A stretch of 64,000 nt of DNA from an uncultured Bacteroidota bacterium (GCA_963700635.1 CAVOYH010000003.1:608001-672000); one strand, 5' to 3'. Shown: positions 37,506 through 48,542, counted from the stretch's first letter. The notes: generated by a model from the letters alone, not told the origin. A program made the numbers and translations.

Positions 37506-38336
37506 ATGCTCAAACGCGTCTACGATACCGCTGTTCTTTTTAAGGAATATCTCCTCCTCGCGCTGTATCTGCTTCTCTCCATTATCCTGATGGCTGCAAA
37601 TTCAACCAACCAGGTCCGTGCCATTCGCGGGCATGTGCTGGGTGTTGCCGGTGTTGTCCAGGATGTGTTCGGCTTCGTGCCTGACTACTTTACCCTGCGG
37701 CAACAAAACCGGGCCCTGCGTGAACAGAACCTCACACTCTCAGACGAGGTGAACCGGCTCCGGGAATCAGCACTTGAAAACATACGGCTCCGGCAGATGT
37801 TTGGTATGCTGGAACGGTCGGCCTTCCGATATGTCAGCGCGCAGGTGGTCGGAACCCACATCCAGGCGCTGCGGAACAGTGTGACCATCAATGCCGGAAC
37901 CGAACATGGTGTGCGTGTGGGAATGCCCGTCGTCACCGATCATGGACTCGCGGGAAGAGTTGTGTCGACAAGCAGCGAGTATGCTATTGTGCAGTTGCTC
38001 CTGCACAAAGATCTTCATGTAAGCGCCCGGATCCAGCGGAGCAGAGTGAACGGCATTATCCGGTGGTCCGGTGGGCGGACCCTGCACTTCTCGCATGTCC
38101 CGAAAACACTTGATGTCAGGGAGGGGGACGTCGTCATCACATCGGAATTCAGCAGCCTTTTTCCCGCCGGCATCCGTATCGGCCTTGTACAATCCACGCG
38201 CCAGCTTGCCGGTGAATTGTTTCAGGGGATTGCCGTCGCACCATCGGTGGATTTTGACCGGATGGAAGAAGTGTTTGTGGCCATGGTTGTCCCGGATTCC
38301 GGCCGGGTCGCCCTTGAACGCAGGATCAGGGAGTAA
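37506..38336 (+). CDS. mreC: Rod shape-determining protein MreC
   Basis: TM, coiled coil ENIRLR, GLAGRV, GDVVITS..FPAGIRIG; position after mreB. Confidence 0.92.
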   Translation: MLKRVYDTAVLFKEYLLLALYLLLSIILMAANSTNQVRAIRGHVLGVAGVVQDVFGFVPDYFTLRQQNRALREQNLTLSDEVNRLRESALENIRLRQMFGMLERSAFRYVSAQVVGTHIQALRNSVTINAGTEHGVRVGMPVVTDHGLAGRVVSTSSEYAIVQLLLHKDLHVSARIQRSRVNGIIRWSGGRTLHFSHVPKTLDVREGDVVITSEFSSLFPAGIRIGLVQSTRQLAGELFQGIAVAPSVDFDRMEEVFVAMVVPDSGRVALERRIRE

Positions 38337-38347
38337 CGACGCTGCCT

Positions 38348-38839
38348 ATGACCCGCCCACTGCTTCTGATCGTCATCTCTCTCGCCGTCCTTCTCGTTCA
38401 AACCACGGTCATCCCCTACGTGGCGGTCGGCACCATCGTCCCCGACCTGCTCCTCATCTGGATTGTATACCTCGGGATTACGCGCGGACACGTATCGGCT
38501 TCCACGGCGGGTTTTTTCCTGGGACTGATGATGGATATTCTTGCAGGTGCAGACGGGATGCTGGGACTCTCTTCATTAACGAAGGTCGTAGCGGGTTTTA
38601 TCGCCGGCTACACCTACAACGAAAACAAGACCATCCAGACCCTCACATCGGCCCAATTCCCCCTCATCGTCGGCGCCGTGGGTCTTATGCATAATCTCCT
38701 CTATTTTGTTATCTTCCTTCAGGGTACGGATATTTCCTGGAATAGCGTAGTGTTGCGGCACGGCATACCGGCCACCGTATACACTGTTCTCGTGTCGTTG
38801 TTTCCCATGTTTATTTATGCGCGGCGTTATCGCTCCTGA
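38348..38839 (+). CDS. mreD: Rod shape-determining protein MreD
   Basis: PDLLLI, GFFLGLMMD; hydrophobic; synteny. Confidence 0.88.
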   Translation: MTRPLLLIVISLAVLLVQTTVIPYVAVGTIVPDLLLIWIVYLGITRGHVSASTAGFFLGLMMDILAGADGMLGLSSLTKVVAGFIAGYTYNENKTIQTLTSAQFPLIVGAVGLMHNLLYFVIFLQGTDISWNSVVLRHGIPATVYTVLVSLFPMFIYARRYRS

Positions 38840-38841
38840 CC

Positions 38842-40692
38842 ATGGCTTTACAGGATGACATACACGTTTATCGAAAACGGCGGACTCTCTATGCGTTCAT
38901 CGCGCTGATGATGATGCTCTTCCTCGGGCGCCTCTACCAGCTACAGCTTATCTATCGCGATGAGTACGGGAAAAAATCCCAGGAAAACAGCGTCCGCATC
39001 ATACCGAAAGAACCGGTACGGGGGTACATGTACGACCGGAACAATGAGCTCGTTGTGGATAACCGTCCGTCGTTTACCGTGACCCTGATGCCGTACGAGT
39101 TCGACAAGGCCACCATCGGATATCTGAGCCGTACACTTTCACTTGATACGGCGTTTATTCAGGAACGCCTCAAGCGCGGAGAACAGTATTCGTGGTTTGC
39201 CCCGGTCAAGATCAAAAGGGACATCGATTTCCGCGAACTCTCCACCCTCGAAGAGAACCACGATCGCCTGCCGGGTGTTGACTTTCAGATAGAATCGAAG
39301 CGCATGTACACCACGTCCGCACATGCCGCACATATCCTCGGCTATACCAAGGAGGTCTCCGAGTCGCAGATTAAGATTCTCGGACGTGACTACGTTCCGG
39401 GCGATGTCGTGGGATCATCCGGTCTCGAGGGCGCATACGAACGGACCCTGAGGGGGGAGAAAGGTGCAGAGTTCAGCACCGTCAACGTTCGCGGGCAGGT
39501 CATCGGTGGTTTCGAAAGCGGGAAACTGGATGTACCTGCGGTCGACGGCAAAGATCTTCTTCTGACCATGGATTTTGGCCTGCAGGCGTTTGCAGAATCG
39601 CTGATGACCGGCCGCCGGGGGGCGGTCGTTGCGATCGATCCGCAGGATGGCGGAATTCTTGCTATGGTCAGCGTGCCGGATTATCACCTCTCCGTCTTCA
39701 GCGGCGTCACACCACCCCAGATCTGGCGCGCAATGAATGGTGACGAGGCAAAACCGTTATTTAACCGTGCGACCCTGACTCGCTATCCACCCGGATCGAC
39801 GTACAAAATGGCTCTCGCGATCGCCGCACTCGAGAGCAACACGGTGACACCATCGTGGCGCGTTACTTGTACCGGTGCGTTCCGGATGGGGAACAAGGTA
39901 TTCAAAGACCTCCATGTCCATGGCTCCGTGGACATGATTACCGCAATACAACAATCGTGCAACGTCTATTTCTATCAACTGATGCTGAAGACCGGGCTTG
40001 ACGAGTGGTCCCACTACGGCAGGGAACTGGGTTTCGGCATGCTGACCGGCATTGACATTGCTGAAGAAAATCCAGGGTTGTTGCCGACCACGGCGTATAT
40101 GAACAGACGATACGGGCCGTCCGGGTGGACGCGCGGATTCCTGCCAAGCCTTGGGATCGGTCAGGGTGAACTGGGGGTTACGCCCCTGCAGATGGCATGT
40201 TATGCAATGGTCCTCGCAAATCAGGGAATGTATCACCAGCCTCACGCTGTGCGGGTCGTCATCCAGAAAGAGGAACCTCGCATCGATACCCTGACATTCC
40301 AGAGCCGCCGGCTGAACGTGTCCGCTGAAACATGGAGAATCGTTCGCGAAGGCATGCGCCGGGCTGTTGAGCTTCCCGGCGGCACGGGCGGACTTGCCCG
40401 CATCAAAGGGAACGAGGTCGCCGGAAAAACCGGCACCGCCCAGAATCCACATGGTCTCGATCATGCGTGGTTCGTCGGGTTTGCACCCTTTGACAACCCC
40501 AGGATAGCCATTGCCGTGCTTGTTGAAAACGCGGGGTTTGGCGGATCGTATGCCGCTCCCATCGCCGGAATGTGCATGGAACGGTACCTGTACGGGCGAC
40601 TTGTGCGCAGCAATCCGCTCCCGCTCCCTCCGGCCAAACAGAGTATTGCAGGAAGCCACACCGTCGCGTCGCCTGTCCCGGAAGGACAGTAA
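38842..40692 (+). CDS. mrdA: Penicillin-binding protein 2
   Basis: RGYMYDRN, PPGSTYK (SxxK), SCN (SxN), KTGTAQ. Confidence 0.93.
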   Translation: MALQDDIHVYRKRRTLYAFIALMMMLFLGRLYQLQLIYRDEYGKKSQENSVRIIPKEPVRGYMYDRNNELVVDNRPSFTVTLMPYEFDKATIGYLSRTLSLDTAFIQERLKRGEQYSWFAPVKIKRDIDFRELSTLEENHDRLPGVDFQIESKRMYTTSAHAAHILGYTKEVSESQIKILGRDYVPGDVVGSSGLEGAYERTLRGEKGAEFSTVNVRGQVIGGFESGKLDVPAVDGKDLLLTMDFGLQAFAESLMTGRRGAVVAIDPQDGGILAMVSVPDYHLSVFSGVTPPQIWRAMNGDEAKPLFNRATLTRYPPGSTYKMALAIAALESNTVTPSWRVTCTGAFRMGNKVFKDLHVHGSVDMITAIQQSCNVYFYQLMLKTGLDEWSHYGRELGFGMLTGIDIAEENPGLLPTTAYMNRRYGPSGWTRGFLPSLGIGQGELGVTPLQMACYAMVLANQGMYHQPHAVRVVIQKEEPRIDTLTFQSRRLNVSAETWRIVREGMRRAVELPGGTGGLARIKGNEVAGKTGTAQNPHGLDHAWFVGFAPFDNPRIAIAVLVENAGFGGSYAAPIAGMCMERYLYGRLVRSNPLPLPPAKQSIAGSHTVASPVPEGQ

Positions 40693-40695
40693 AGC

Positions 40696-41913
40696 ATGTG
40701 GAACTACATTAAACGGCATTTTGATCTCCAGATAGGGCTCACCACTCTGACGCTTGCGTTGATTGGCTTGATCGCTATCTATAGTGCGACCTACGATGCA
40801 CGCGCATCAGATATCTTCTATAAGCAGGTCGCATGGGTTCTGACCGGCAGCGTATTGTTACTTATCATCACATTCATACCCTTTCGCCTGCTGCAATCCA
40901 TTTCCTATCCCGCGTATTTGCTGTCCCTCGTGATGCTGGTCATCGTACTCCTTCTCGGCAAGACCGTTTCCGGATCCACAAGCTGGTTTAGCATTGGATC
41001 ATTTCGTATTCAACCGTCGGAATTCGCGAAAATCTCCACCGTGCTCGCCCTTGCGACATATCTCTCCCGTTCCGATGTCTCGCTTCGGTCCACCCGCGGA
41101 CTCCTGACGGCGGCCGGGATAGTGCTTGCCCCTGTCGCACTCATCATGCTGCAACCCGACTTTGGCACGGCAATTATTTACGGAGGGATGTCGTTCGCTC
41201 TGCTGTACTGGGGCGGAGCATCGCGCTTCACCCTCATCGCTATTGTCGCTCCGATTGCTGCTGCCCTCGGGGCTTTGCTGGGCACGACACCGTTCCTGAT
41301 CGTTGTCGCCGTGTTTGGCATCCTGATCTACATCACCAGGGAACATCTGCTTGTGGCGGCGGTGGCGTTCTCGTTGATGGTTCTTGTCGGCATCTCGGTA
41401 CAGTTTATCTACGACGGGCTCAGACCGTATCAGCAGAAACGTATTGATACCTTCCTTGATCCCAATGCGGATCCTCTGGGCGCGGGATACAACATCCTGC
41501 AATCGAAAGTTGCCATCGGCTCGGGCGGATTAACGGGAAAGGGCTATCTCCGTGGATCACAGACACAGTTAAACTTCATTCCTGAACAGTGGACGGATTT
41601 TATTTTTTGTGTCCCCGGAGAGGAGTTCGGATTTTTGGGTGCGGTGAGCGTCTTACTACTGTTCGGGGTGCTTATTACCCGTGGCGTGACCCTCGCGTCG
41701 ATTGTGGGGAGCCGGTACAGCAGTTTTGCTGCTATTGGCCTTACCGCCATACTCTCAACACACGTCTTCATCAACATCGGAATGGCCCTGGGCCTTTTTC
41801 CTGTCATCGGTGTACCGCTGCCGTTTCTCAGCTATGGGGGATCGGCACTGCTTTCAAACACGATGATGGTGGGCATTCTGATGAATCTGTACACCAATCG
41901 CAAAGAATACTAA
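40696..41913 (+). CDS. rodA: SEDS peptidoglycan polymerase RodA
   Basis: IQPSEFAK, QPDFGT, GYNILQSKVAIGSGG, PEQWTDFIF, LPFLSYGGS. Confidence 0.95.
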   Translation: MWNYIKRHFDLQIGLTTLTLALIGLIAIYSATYDARASDIFYKQVAWVLTGSVLLLIITFIPFRLLQSISYPAYLLSLVMLVIVLLLGKTVSGSTSWFSIGSFRIQPSEFAKISTVLALATYLSRSDVSLRSTRGLLTAAGIVLAPVALIMLQPDFGTAIIYGGMSFALLYWGGASRFTLIAIVAPIAAALGALLGTTPFLIVVAVFGILIYITREHLLVAAVAFSLMVLVGISVQFIYDGLRPYQQKRIDTFLDPNADPLGAGYNILQSKVAIGSGGLTGKGYLRGSQTQLNFIPEQWTDFIFCVPGEEFGFLGAVSVLLLFGVLITRGVTLASIVGSRYSSFAAIGLTAILSTHVFINIGMALGLFPVIGVPLPFLSYGGSALLSNTMMVGILMNLYTNRKEY

Positions 41914-44351
41914 TGAAGAAATCTCGCAGATCCCTCCGACACCCTCTGGAAATCACACAACCCGATCTCCGGTGGCGATGCACGCCTGCAATGATCGGCG
42001 TTGACCATGTTGAGGAAGTCACTCCCCTGGAAGACATCATAGGCCAGGATCGGGCGTTGCGGGCGCTGGCGCTGGGATTGGACATTCAACACAACGGCTA
42101 CAATGTCTTCGTGACCGGTCTCTCGGGGACCGGCCGGAAGACCACCATCAGGAGGCTCCTCCAGGAGATTGAGGGGCGCCCCGCACAGCTTACGGACAAA
42201 TGTTATGTCCACAATTTTCGTGACCCGGATTCTCCCATTATGATTACCCTGCCGGCGGGCAAGGGCATGGCATTTCGTAAGGACATGGCGGGGTTCCTGA
42301 CCGAACTCATCAAGTCCATCCCCGCCGTTTTCGAAAGTCGCCGGTACGCAGAACAGCGCAAAACATCCCTTGAACATTTTCAGCAGCGGCAACGAAGTGT
42401 TTTACGGGAATTTGAGAAACGCGTTAAGGAACAGGGATTCGAGGTAGTGCAGGTGCAGGCCGGCGGTGGAACCAGACCGGAAATTGCCCCCGTCTTTGAA
42501 GGAAGTCCCACCACCATGGAGCAACTCCACGCACGTGTTGATACTGGCGAGCTCACCGTGGAGGATCTGAAACGCATGGAAAGCCAGCATTCTGAACTCG
42601 AAAAGCAGATGGATCTCGTCATGCGCGAGATGCGTAATATCGAGCGGAAAGCCAAGAAGTCCCTGGAAGAGCTCAACCATAGAATTATCGTTCCCGTCGT
42701 CGAAGAATCACTGGAAGATCTCCGCCAGCGTTACCCCGTACAGCGTGTGGCGGAATACCTGAACGACGTCGAACGGAATATCCTTGAGAATCTACAGAGA
42801 TTCCAGCAGCGCGAGGAACACCAGCAGGCTCTCCTCTCCCTGGGATCCCCGAAGGAAGACGACACGTTTCAGGAATATCAGGTAAACGTCATTGTTGACA
42901 ATACCGATACACCGGGAACTCCGGTGATCATCGAGACAAATCCACGATTTAAGAATCTTTTCGGCACGATCGAGAGAGTTGTAGACCGGAACGGCTTGCT
43001 ACGATCCGATTTTACGCAGGTGAAGGCGGGATCAATGCTCAAAGCAGACGGCGGCTATCTGGTCATCAACGCCATCGATGCTCTCACGGAACCCGGCGTA
43101 TGGAACACTCTCAAACGCGTCCTGCGGAATCGTCAAATCGAAATTCAGTCCTATGAAACCGGATTTTTCGGGGTGAGTTCGGCACTAAAACCGGAATCGA
43201 TCGATATTAATGTGAAAGTTATCATGGTCGGGGATTCGTACATTTACCAGCTTCTGTTCGGACTTGACCAGGATTTTAAGAAGATTTTCAAGGTGCGGGC
43301 CGATTTTGATGTCGAAATGGCTAACGATGCAAAATCGATCAACTCCTATGTTTCCTTCATCAAGACCCTTTGCGAGCAGGAAAAACTTCTTCCGTTTGAA
43401 GTGGATGCTGCCGCGGAAGTGATTGAGTATGGGGCGCGTCTGGCCGGACAGCAGAAAAAGCTCACCACCCGGTTCAGTGTGCTTGCCGATGTTCTTCGTG
43501 AAGCAAGCTACTGGGCGGAAAAGCAGAACGCCCGGCGCGTCAGCGGAATGCATGTGCGCACGGCCATCCACGAACGTATCGAACGCGTGAACATGCTTGA
43601 GGAGAAAATCCAGGAGATGATCATGGATGGCTCCATCATGATCGACACGCAGAAAGAAGTGGTCGGACAGGTAAACGGACTTTCCGTGTATCAACTTGCA
43701 GAGCACGAGTTTGGACGGCCGTCGCGTATTACGGCCAAGACATCACTCGGGCGCGCCGGCATTATCAATATTGAACGTGAAGCATCAATGAGCGGACCTA
43801 CCCATAACAAGGGAGTGCTCATCCTGAGCGGCTATTTGCGGTCGAAGTATGCGCAGGATAAACCGCTCGTGCTGAGCGCAAGTCTTGCCTTCGAGCAGTC
43901 CTATTCCGGCGTTGACGGGGACAGCGCTTCGTCAACAGAAATATACGCTCTCCTCTCGAGCCTCTCCAACCTCCCCCTGCGACAGGATCTGGCGGTCACC
44001 GGGTCCGTGAACCAGCATGGTGATATCCAGCCGATCGGCGGCGTTAATCAGAAGATTGAGGGCTTCTTCGATGTCTGCAAGGCGCGGGGGCTCACCGGCA
44101 CACAGGGTGTCTTGATCCCAAAACAGAACGTACAGGATCTGATGTTGAGGCACGATGTAGTTGAAGCGGTGGAAAAGGGAGCGTTCCATGTGTACGCGAT
44201 TTCGACCATCGATGAGGGAATAGAACTCCTGACGGGTAACAAGGCGGGAACGCGCCAGTCCAACGGCCGGTTCCCCGCCAAGAGCATTCATGGCCTTGTG
44301 GATGCCAGGCTCCGCGAGTTTGCCCGCAAGAACAAGACGTATGGACGATGA
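41913..44351 (+). CDS. Lon-like S16 protease (AAA_32 / LonC-type)
   Basis: IIGQDRA, GQVNGLSV, Ser-Lys dyad GVDGDSAS...IGGVNQKIEGF; ATG overlaps the rodA TAA. Confidence 0.88.
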   Translation: MKKSRRSLRHPLEITQPDLRWRCTPAMIGVDHVEEVTPLEDIIGQDRALRALALGLDIQHNGYNVFVTGLSGTGRKTTIRRLLQEIEGRPAQLTDKCYVHNFRDPDSPIMITLPAGKGMAFRKDMAGFLTELIKSIPAVFESRRYAEQRKTSLEHFQQRQRSVLREFEKRVKEQGFEVVQVQAGGGTRPEIAPVFEGSPTTMEQLHARVDTGELTVEDLKRMESQHSELEKQMDLVMREMRNIERKAKKSLEELNHRIIVPVVEESLEDLRQRYPVQRVAEYLNDVERNILENLQRFQQREEHQQALLSLGSPKEDDTFQEYQVNVIVDNTDTPGTPVIIETNPRFKNLFGTIERVVDRNGLLRSDFTQVKAGSMLKADGGYLVINAIDALTEPGVWNTLKRVLRNRQIEIQSYETGFFGVSSALKPESIDINVKVIMVGDSYIYQLLFGLDQDFKKIFKVRADFDVEMANDAKSINSYVSFIKTLCEQEKLLPFEVDAAAEVIEYGARLAGQQKKLTTRFSVLADVLREASYWAEKQNARRVSGMHVRTAIHERIERVNMLEEKIQEMIMDGSIMIDTQKEVVGQVNGLSVYQLAEHEFGRPSRITAKTSLGRAGIINIEREASMSGPTHNKGVLILSGYLRSKYAQDKPLVLSASLAFEQSYSGVDGDSASSTEIYALLSSLSNLPLRQDLAVTGSVNQHGDIQPIGGVNQKIEGFFDVCKARGLTGTQGVLIPKQNVQDLMLRHDVVEAVEKGAFHVYAISTIDEGIELLTGNKAGTRQSNGRFPAKSIHGLVDARLREFARKNKTYGR

Positions 44352-45763
44352 AGAACGACGAGTTCCGGGCCTATGCGCACGAGCTGGTCGACTGGATGGC
44401 CGACTATCTAGACCAGGTTGAGCGCCTGCCCGTACAGCCCGATATCGCGCCACGCACTCTTCTTCAACAACTTCCTCTGGGTCCGCCGGAACACGGCGAG
44501 CCCTTTGCCGAGCTGTTCCGCGATTTCCGGGAGATCATCCTGCCGGGAATGACGCACTGGCAACACCCCTCTTTTTTCGCCTACTTCCCTGCGAATACAA
44601 GTCCGCCTTCGATCCTGGCCGAAATGTTAACGGCAACTCTTGGCGCCCAATGTATGAGCTGGGCAACCTCGCCTGCGGCAACCGAACTCGAAGAACGGAT
44701 GATGCAGTGGCTGCGTACAATGATCGGACTCCCGCCGACATTCACCGGCGTCCTGCAGGATACCGCATCCACGGCCACACTCTGCGCACTGCTCACCGCA
44801 CGCGAACGTCGATCCGGATTCCGGATCAATCAACGCGGCTACACTCCTGAAACGCGCTATACGGTGTACTGTTCCACCGAAGCACATTCGTCAATCGAGA
44901 AGGCAATCAAAATTGCCGGCCTGGGCAAGGAATACCTGCGCAAGATCCCGGTCGATAACGACTACGCGATGATCCCGGCGGCTCTCGAGGATGCCGTCAG
45001 CCGGGACATCCGGCTCGGGTATACCCCGCTCTGTGTCGTTGCAGCGGTCGGCACAACCGGTTCCACAGCACTCGATCCGATCCGGCCCATTGCTGAATTC
45101 TGCAAGAGCCAGAACGTCTGGCTCCATGTCGATGCCGCATTCGCCGGGTCTGCACTGATCCTTCCCGAATTCCGATGGATTGCCGACGGTGTGGAGGAGG
45201 CGGATTCCTTTGTGTTTAACCCCCACAAGTGGCTGCTCACAAATTTTGACTGTTCCGCATACTTCGTGCGCGACGAAGAGGCTCTGGTACGCACCTTTGA
45301 GATTCTCCCGGAATATCTGAAAACAACGGAAGGTGGCCGGGTTAATAACTATCGCGACTGGGGGATCCAGCTTGGCAGACGGTTCCGCGCGTTGAAGCTC
45401 TGGTTTGTAATCCGGACATACGGCGTGGAAGGTCTCCAACAAATTGTTCGCACCCACATTACGATGGCCCGGCGATTGGCGGAGATCATACGATCAACCT
45501 CCGACTTCGAGCTGCTTGCACCCGCGCCGCTTAATCTTGTCTGTTTCCGCTATGCCCCCCCCGGGGTCACGGATCCTTCGACTCTTGACGCCCTCAACGC
45601 CCGATTGCTGGATACGCTGAACCGGTCAGGGCAAATGTTCCTCTCACATACGCGGTTGTCCGGCAACTATACGCTCCGCCTTGTCATCGGCCAGACGAAC
45701 GTTCTGCAACGTCATATCGATGACGCCTGGGCCCGCGTTGTAACAACCGCAAGGGCTTTGTAA
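44348..45763 (+). CDS. PLP-dependent aromatic L-amino-acid decarboxylase (group II)
   Basis: THWQHPSFFAYFP, SPAATELE, HSSIEKA, HVDAAFAG, FNPHKW, LGRRFRALKLW. Confidence 0.9.
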   Translation: MKNDEFRAYAHELVDWMADYLDQVERLPVQPDIAPRTLLQQLPLGPPEHGEPFAELFRDFREIILPGMTHWQHPSFFAYFPANTSPPSILAEMLTATLGAQCMSWATSPAATELEERMMQWLRTMIGLPPTFTGVLQDTASTATLCALLTARERRSGFRINQRGYTPETRYTVYCSTEAHSSIEKAIKIAGLGKEYLRKIPVDNDYAMIPAALEDAVSRDIRLGYTPLCVVAAVGTTGSTALDPIRPIAEFCKSQNVWLHVDAAFAGSALILPEFRWIADGVEEADSFVFNPHKWLLTNFDCSAYFVRDEEALVRTFEILPEYLKTTEGGRVNNYRDWGIQLGRRFRALKLWFVIRTYGVEGLQQIVRTHITMARRLAEIIRSTSDFELLAPAPLNLVCFRYAPPGVTDPSTLDALNARLLDTLNRSGQMFLSHTRLSGNYTLRLVIGQTNVLQRHIDDAWARVVTTARAL

Positions 45764-45777
45764 TCCGCTTTTGGGTT

Positions 45778-45806
45778 TTGCCCCCCTTTTTTGTTTATTA
45801 TATATT
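45778..45806 (+). promoter_or_regulatory. Putative sigma70 promoter of dcd
   Basis: TTGCCC-17 nt-TATATT. Confidence 0.45.
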
Positions 45807-45838
45807 CAGGTTTTCCTCCTTCCCTGCCATGGACTCAC

Positions 45839-46390
45839 ATGATACTCACGGACACACAGATACGCGATGAACTCCAAAAAGGGTCAATTGTCATCGATCC
45901 TTTTGACCCGGACTGCCTCGGGTCGAACTCCTATGATGTGCATCTGGGCCGAACACTCGCTCTGTACAAGGACGATGTGCTTGACGCCCGTGTTCACAAC
46001 ACCGTTGAGTATCTGACCATACCCGACGAGGGGATGATCCTGCTCCCGCAGCGATTTTATCTCGGAGTCACCGAAGAGTACACCGAAACTCACCGCCACG
46101 TGCCATTCCTTGAAGGAAAAAGCAGCATCGGACGGCTTGGGATTGATATCCATGCGACGGCGGGCAAGGGGGATATCGGTTTTTGCAACACCTGGACGCT
46201 GGAGATTTCCGTCAAACAACCCGTTCGCGTTTACCATGCAATGCCTATCGGACAGTTGATCTACTTTGAAGTGTCGGGCTCTCCCGCAACACCATATCGG
46301 CAGAAAGCGGGGGCAAAATATGCCGAACGAACTGACAAACCCGTCGAATCCATGATGTGGAAAAACTTCCTTCCCAAGGAGCGACCATGA
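45839..46390 (+). CDS. dcd: dCTP deaminase
   Basis: MILTD, SYDVHLG, EGKSSIGRLG, GFCNTWTLE, IGQLIY. Confidence 0.92.
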   Translation: MILTDTQIRDELQKGSIVIDPFDPDCLGSNSYDVHLGRTLALYKDDVLDARVHNTVEYLTIPDEGMILLPQRFYLGVTEEYTETHRHVPFLEGKSSIGRLGIDIHATAGKGDIGFCNTWTLEISVKQPVRVYHAMPIGQLIYFEVSGSPATPYRQKAGAKYAERTDKPVESMMWKNFLPKERP

Positions 46391-48459
46391 AATGTACCCT
46401 GCGCACCGTTGCTTTTGGTGTTGTTCTCCTGTCCTTTGCTGCGACCGTGTCAACCAGCGCCCAGGAAAGACATCCACTTACCATCGGGGACATGGGCACC
46501 ATGAAGCGGATCGCTTCCCCCGCTCTGTCGCCGGACGGGAAATGGGTGGCGTACACGCTGACCACTCCCAATGTTCAGGAGAATAAGAACAGTTCTGACC
46601 TCTGGATTTCTTCCATCGATGGGTCGGTCCACCGTCAACTAACCACCCACCCGGCGTCTGACCGCGTTCCATCGTGGTCTCCCGATGGTAAATGGATCGC
46701 ATTTGAATCAACACGTTCAGGCGAGAACCAGATCTGGTTGATCAGTCCGACGGGCGGAGAACCACGGCAGTTTACAACTCTCTCGACGGGTGCCTCACAG
46801 GCAGTCTGGTCTCCGGACGGCTCCCTGATGGCCTACATTTCCGACGTATTTCCGGAATACTCCGACAAACCTTTCAACGAGAGTGATGGACTCAACAGAA
46901 TCAAGCTAAAGGAGTTAAAAGACGGAAAGATCAAAGCACAGGTGTTCACCCGCTTGTTGTACCGGCACTGGGATAGCTGGGTGCAGGGGAAACGGCGGCA
47001 CCTGTTCATCCAACCCCTCGCGGGCGGGGAGCCGCGTAATCTTACTCCCGGAGATCGGGACGCCGTGCCCACCTCATCGACATTCTCGGCCGGCGTGGAC
47101 TATTCTTTTTCTCCCGATGTCAAAGAAATTGCCTATACAGCTACGCCGGTTCCGGTACGGGAAGAGGCGTGGAGCACCAACCACGACATTTATATCGTTC
47201 CACTTACAGGAGGAGCGCCGCGACAGCTTACCACCAATCCTGCTGCTGACGGATATCCGCAGTACTCCCCTGACGGCAAGTACATTGCCTATCGGGCACA
47301 ACAGCGTTCGGGGTTCGAGGCAGACCGCTGGCAACTCATGTTGTATGATCGGTCAACAGGAGCGGTGAGAAGTCTGACGCCGGCTTTTGATGCCTCCGTA
47401 GGAACTCCACTCTGGTCACCTGACAGCAGACAATTATATTTTGATGCCGAAGAACGGGCACGCACACCGATATTTGTTGTTTCGATAAAGGGGAGTGATG
47501 TGAGTAAGGTCGTTGACGGACGCACCAATCACGACATCAACATTTCACCCGATGGCTCGTTCCTGGTCTTCACTCGAGTCGGCGCTACGCGTCCGTCGGA
47601 GATCTACCGTGCGGGAACAAACGGTCAGGGGATCCGCCCGGTAACCGTCGTCAATGACGCGGTGTTTGCCAGGCTTGTCATCCCGGAACCGGAGTCTATC
47701 ACCTTCGCCGGCGCCGACGGTGCACGGATACAGGCCTGGGTTCACAAACCACCCCGGTTTGACCCAGCGAAGAAGTATCCGCTGGTGATGATGATCCATG
47801 GCGGTCCGCAGGGAGCCTGGGGAGACAGCTGGTCGTATCGATGGAATCCACCTCTCTGGGCCGCTCAGGGGTATGTGGTTCTCGCCCCGAATCCACGTGG
47901 AAGTACCGGCTTCGGCCAGAAGTTCACCGATGAAATCAGCGGAGATTGGGGTGGAAAGGTATTCGTTGATCTCATGAAAGGGCTGGATACCGTCTCCACA
48001 TTCTCCTACGTTGACTCGACACGCAGGGGCGCTGCAGGTGCTTCGTTTGGCGGATATATGGTGAACTGGATTCTCGGACATGCCGGCGACCGGTTTAAGG
48101 CCCTGGTGACGCATGATGGCGTCTACAACTTCGAGAGTATGTATGGTTCGACCGACGAAATCTGGTTCGACGAGTGGGATCACAGCGGCACACCGTGGGA
48201 CAAACCCGAAGACTACAGGAAGTTTTCACCGCACGTCTATGCAAAAAATTTCCGCACCCCCACCCTTGTCATCCACGGCGCCCTGGATTACCGGATCCCA
48301 TACTCGGAGGCGATGCAGCTGTTCACGGCTTTACAGCGACAGGATGTTCCATCACAATTCCTGTATTTTCCCGATGAAAACCACTGGGTGTTAAAGCCGG
48401 CAAACAGCGAGTTGTGGCACCGCACGGTCTTTGGGTGGCTGGCGACATATTTGCGGTGA
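46387..48459 (+). CDS. Secreted S9 family peptidase (dipeptidyl-peptidase 5-like) with PD40 propeller repeats
   Basis: Signal peptide; repeated WSPDG; IHGGPQG, GASFGG, DYRI, DENHW. Confidence 0.92.
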   Translation: MKCTLRTVAFGVVLLSFAATVSTSAQERHPLTIGDMGTMKRIASPALSPDGKWVAYTLTTPNVQENKNSSDLWISSIDGSVHRQLTTHPASDRVPSWSPDGKWIAFESTRSGENQIWLISPTGGEPRQFTTLSTGASQAVWSPDGSLMAYISDVFPEYSDKPFNESDGLNRIKLKELKDGKIKAQVFTRLLYRHWDSWVQGKRRHLFIQPLAGGEPRNLTPGDRDAVPTSSTFSAGVDYSFSPDVKEIAYTATPVPVREEAWSTNHDIYIVPLTGGAPRQLTTNPAADGYPQYSPDGKYIAYRAQQRSGFEADRWQLMLYDRSTGAVRSLTPAFDASVGTPLWSPDSRQLYFDAEERARTPIFVVSIKGSDVSKVVDGRTNHDINISPDGSFLVFTRVGATRPSEIYRAGTNGQGIRPVTVVNDAVFARLVIPEPESITFAGADGARIQAWVHKPPRFDPAKKYPLVMMIHGGPQGAWGDSWSYRWNPPLWAAQGYVVLAPNPRGSTGFGQKFTDEISGDWGGKVFVDLMKGLDTVSTFSYVDSTRRGAAGASFGGYMVNWILGHAGDRFKALVTHDGVYNFESMYGSTDEIWFDEWDHSGTPWDKPEDYRKFSPHVYAKNFRTPTLVIHGALDYRIPYSEAMQLFTALQRQDVPSQFLYFPDENHWVLKPANSELWHRTVFGWLATYLR

Positions 48460-48542
48460 TACGTATCGAACTATCCGATCATCGAACGTGTTGAGTACAT
48501 ACCCAAGGTGGGTCCACGTGTACATATCAGAAGGAGCATACC

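Noticed and set aside
46520-47560. Recurrent TCNCCNGAYGG sequences as a DNA repeat array or CRISPR
   Set aside because: They encode WSPDG/PD40 propeller repeats of the S9 peptidase, vary at synonymous positions, and no cas genes are present.
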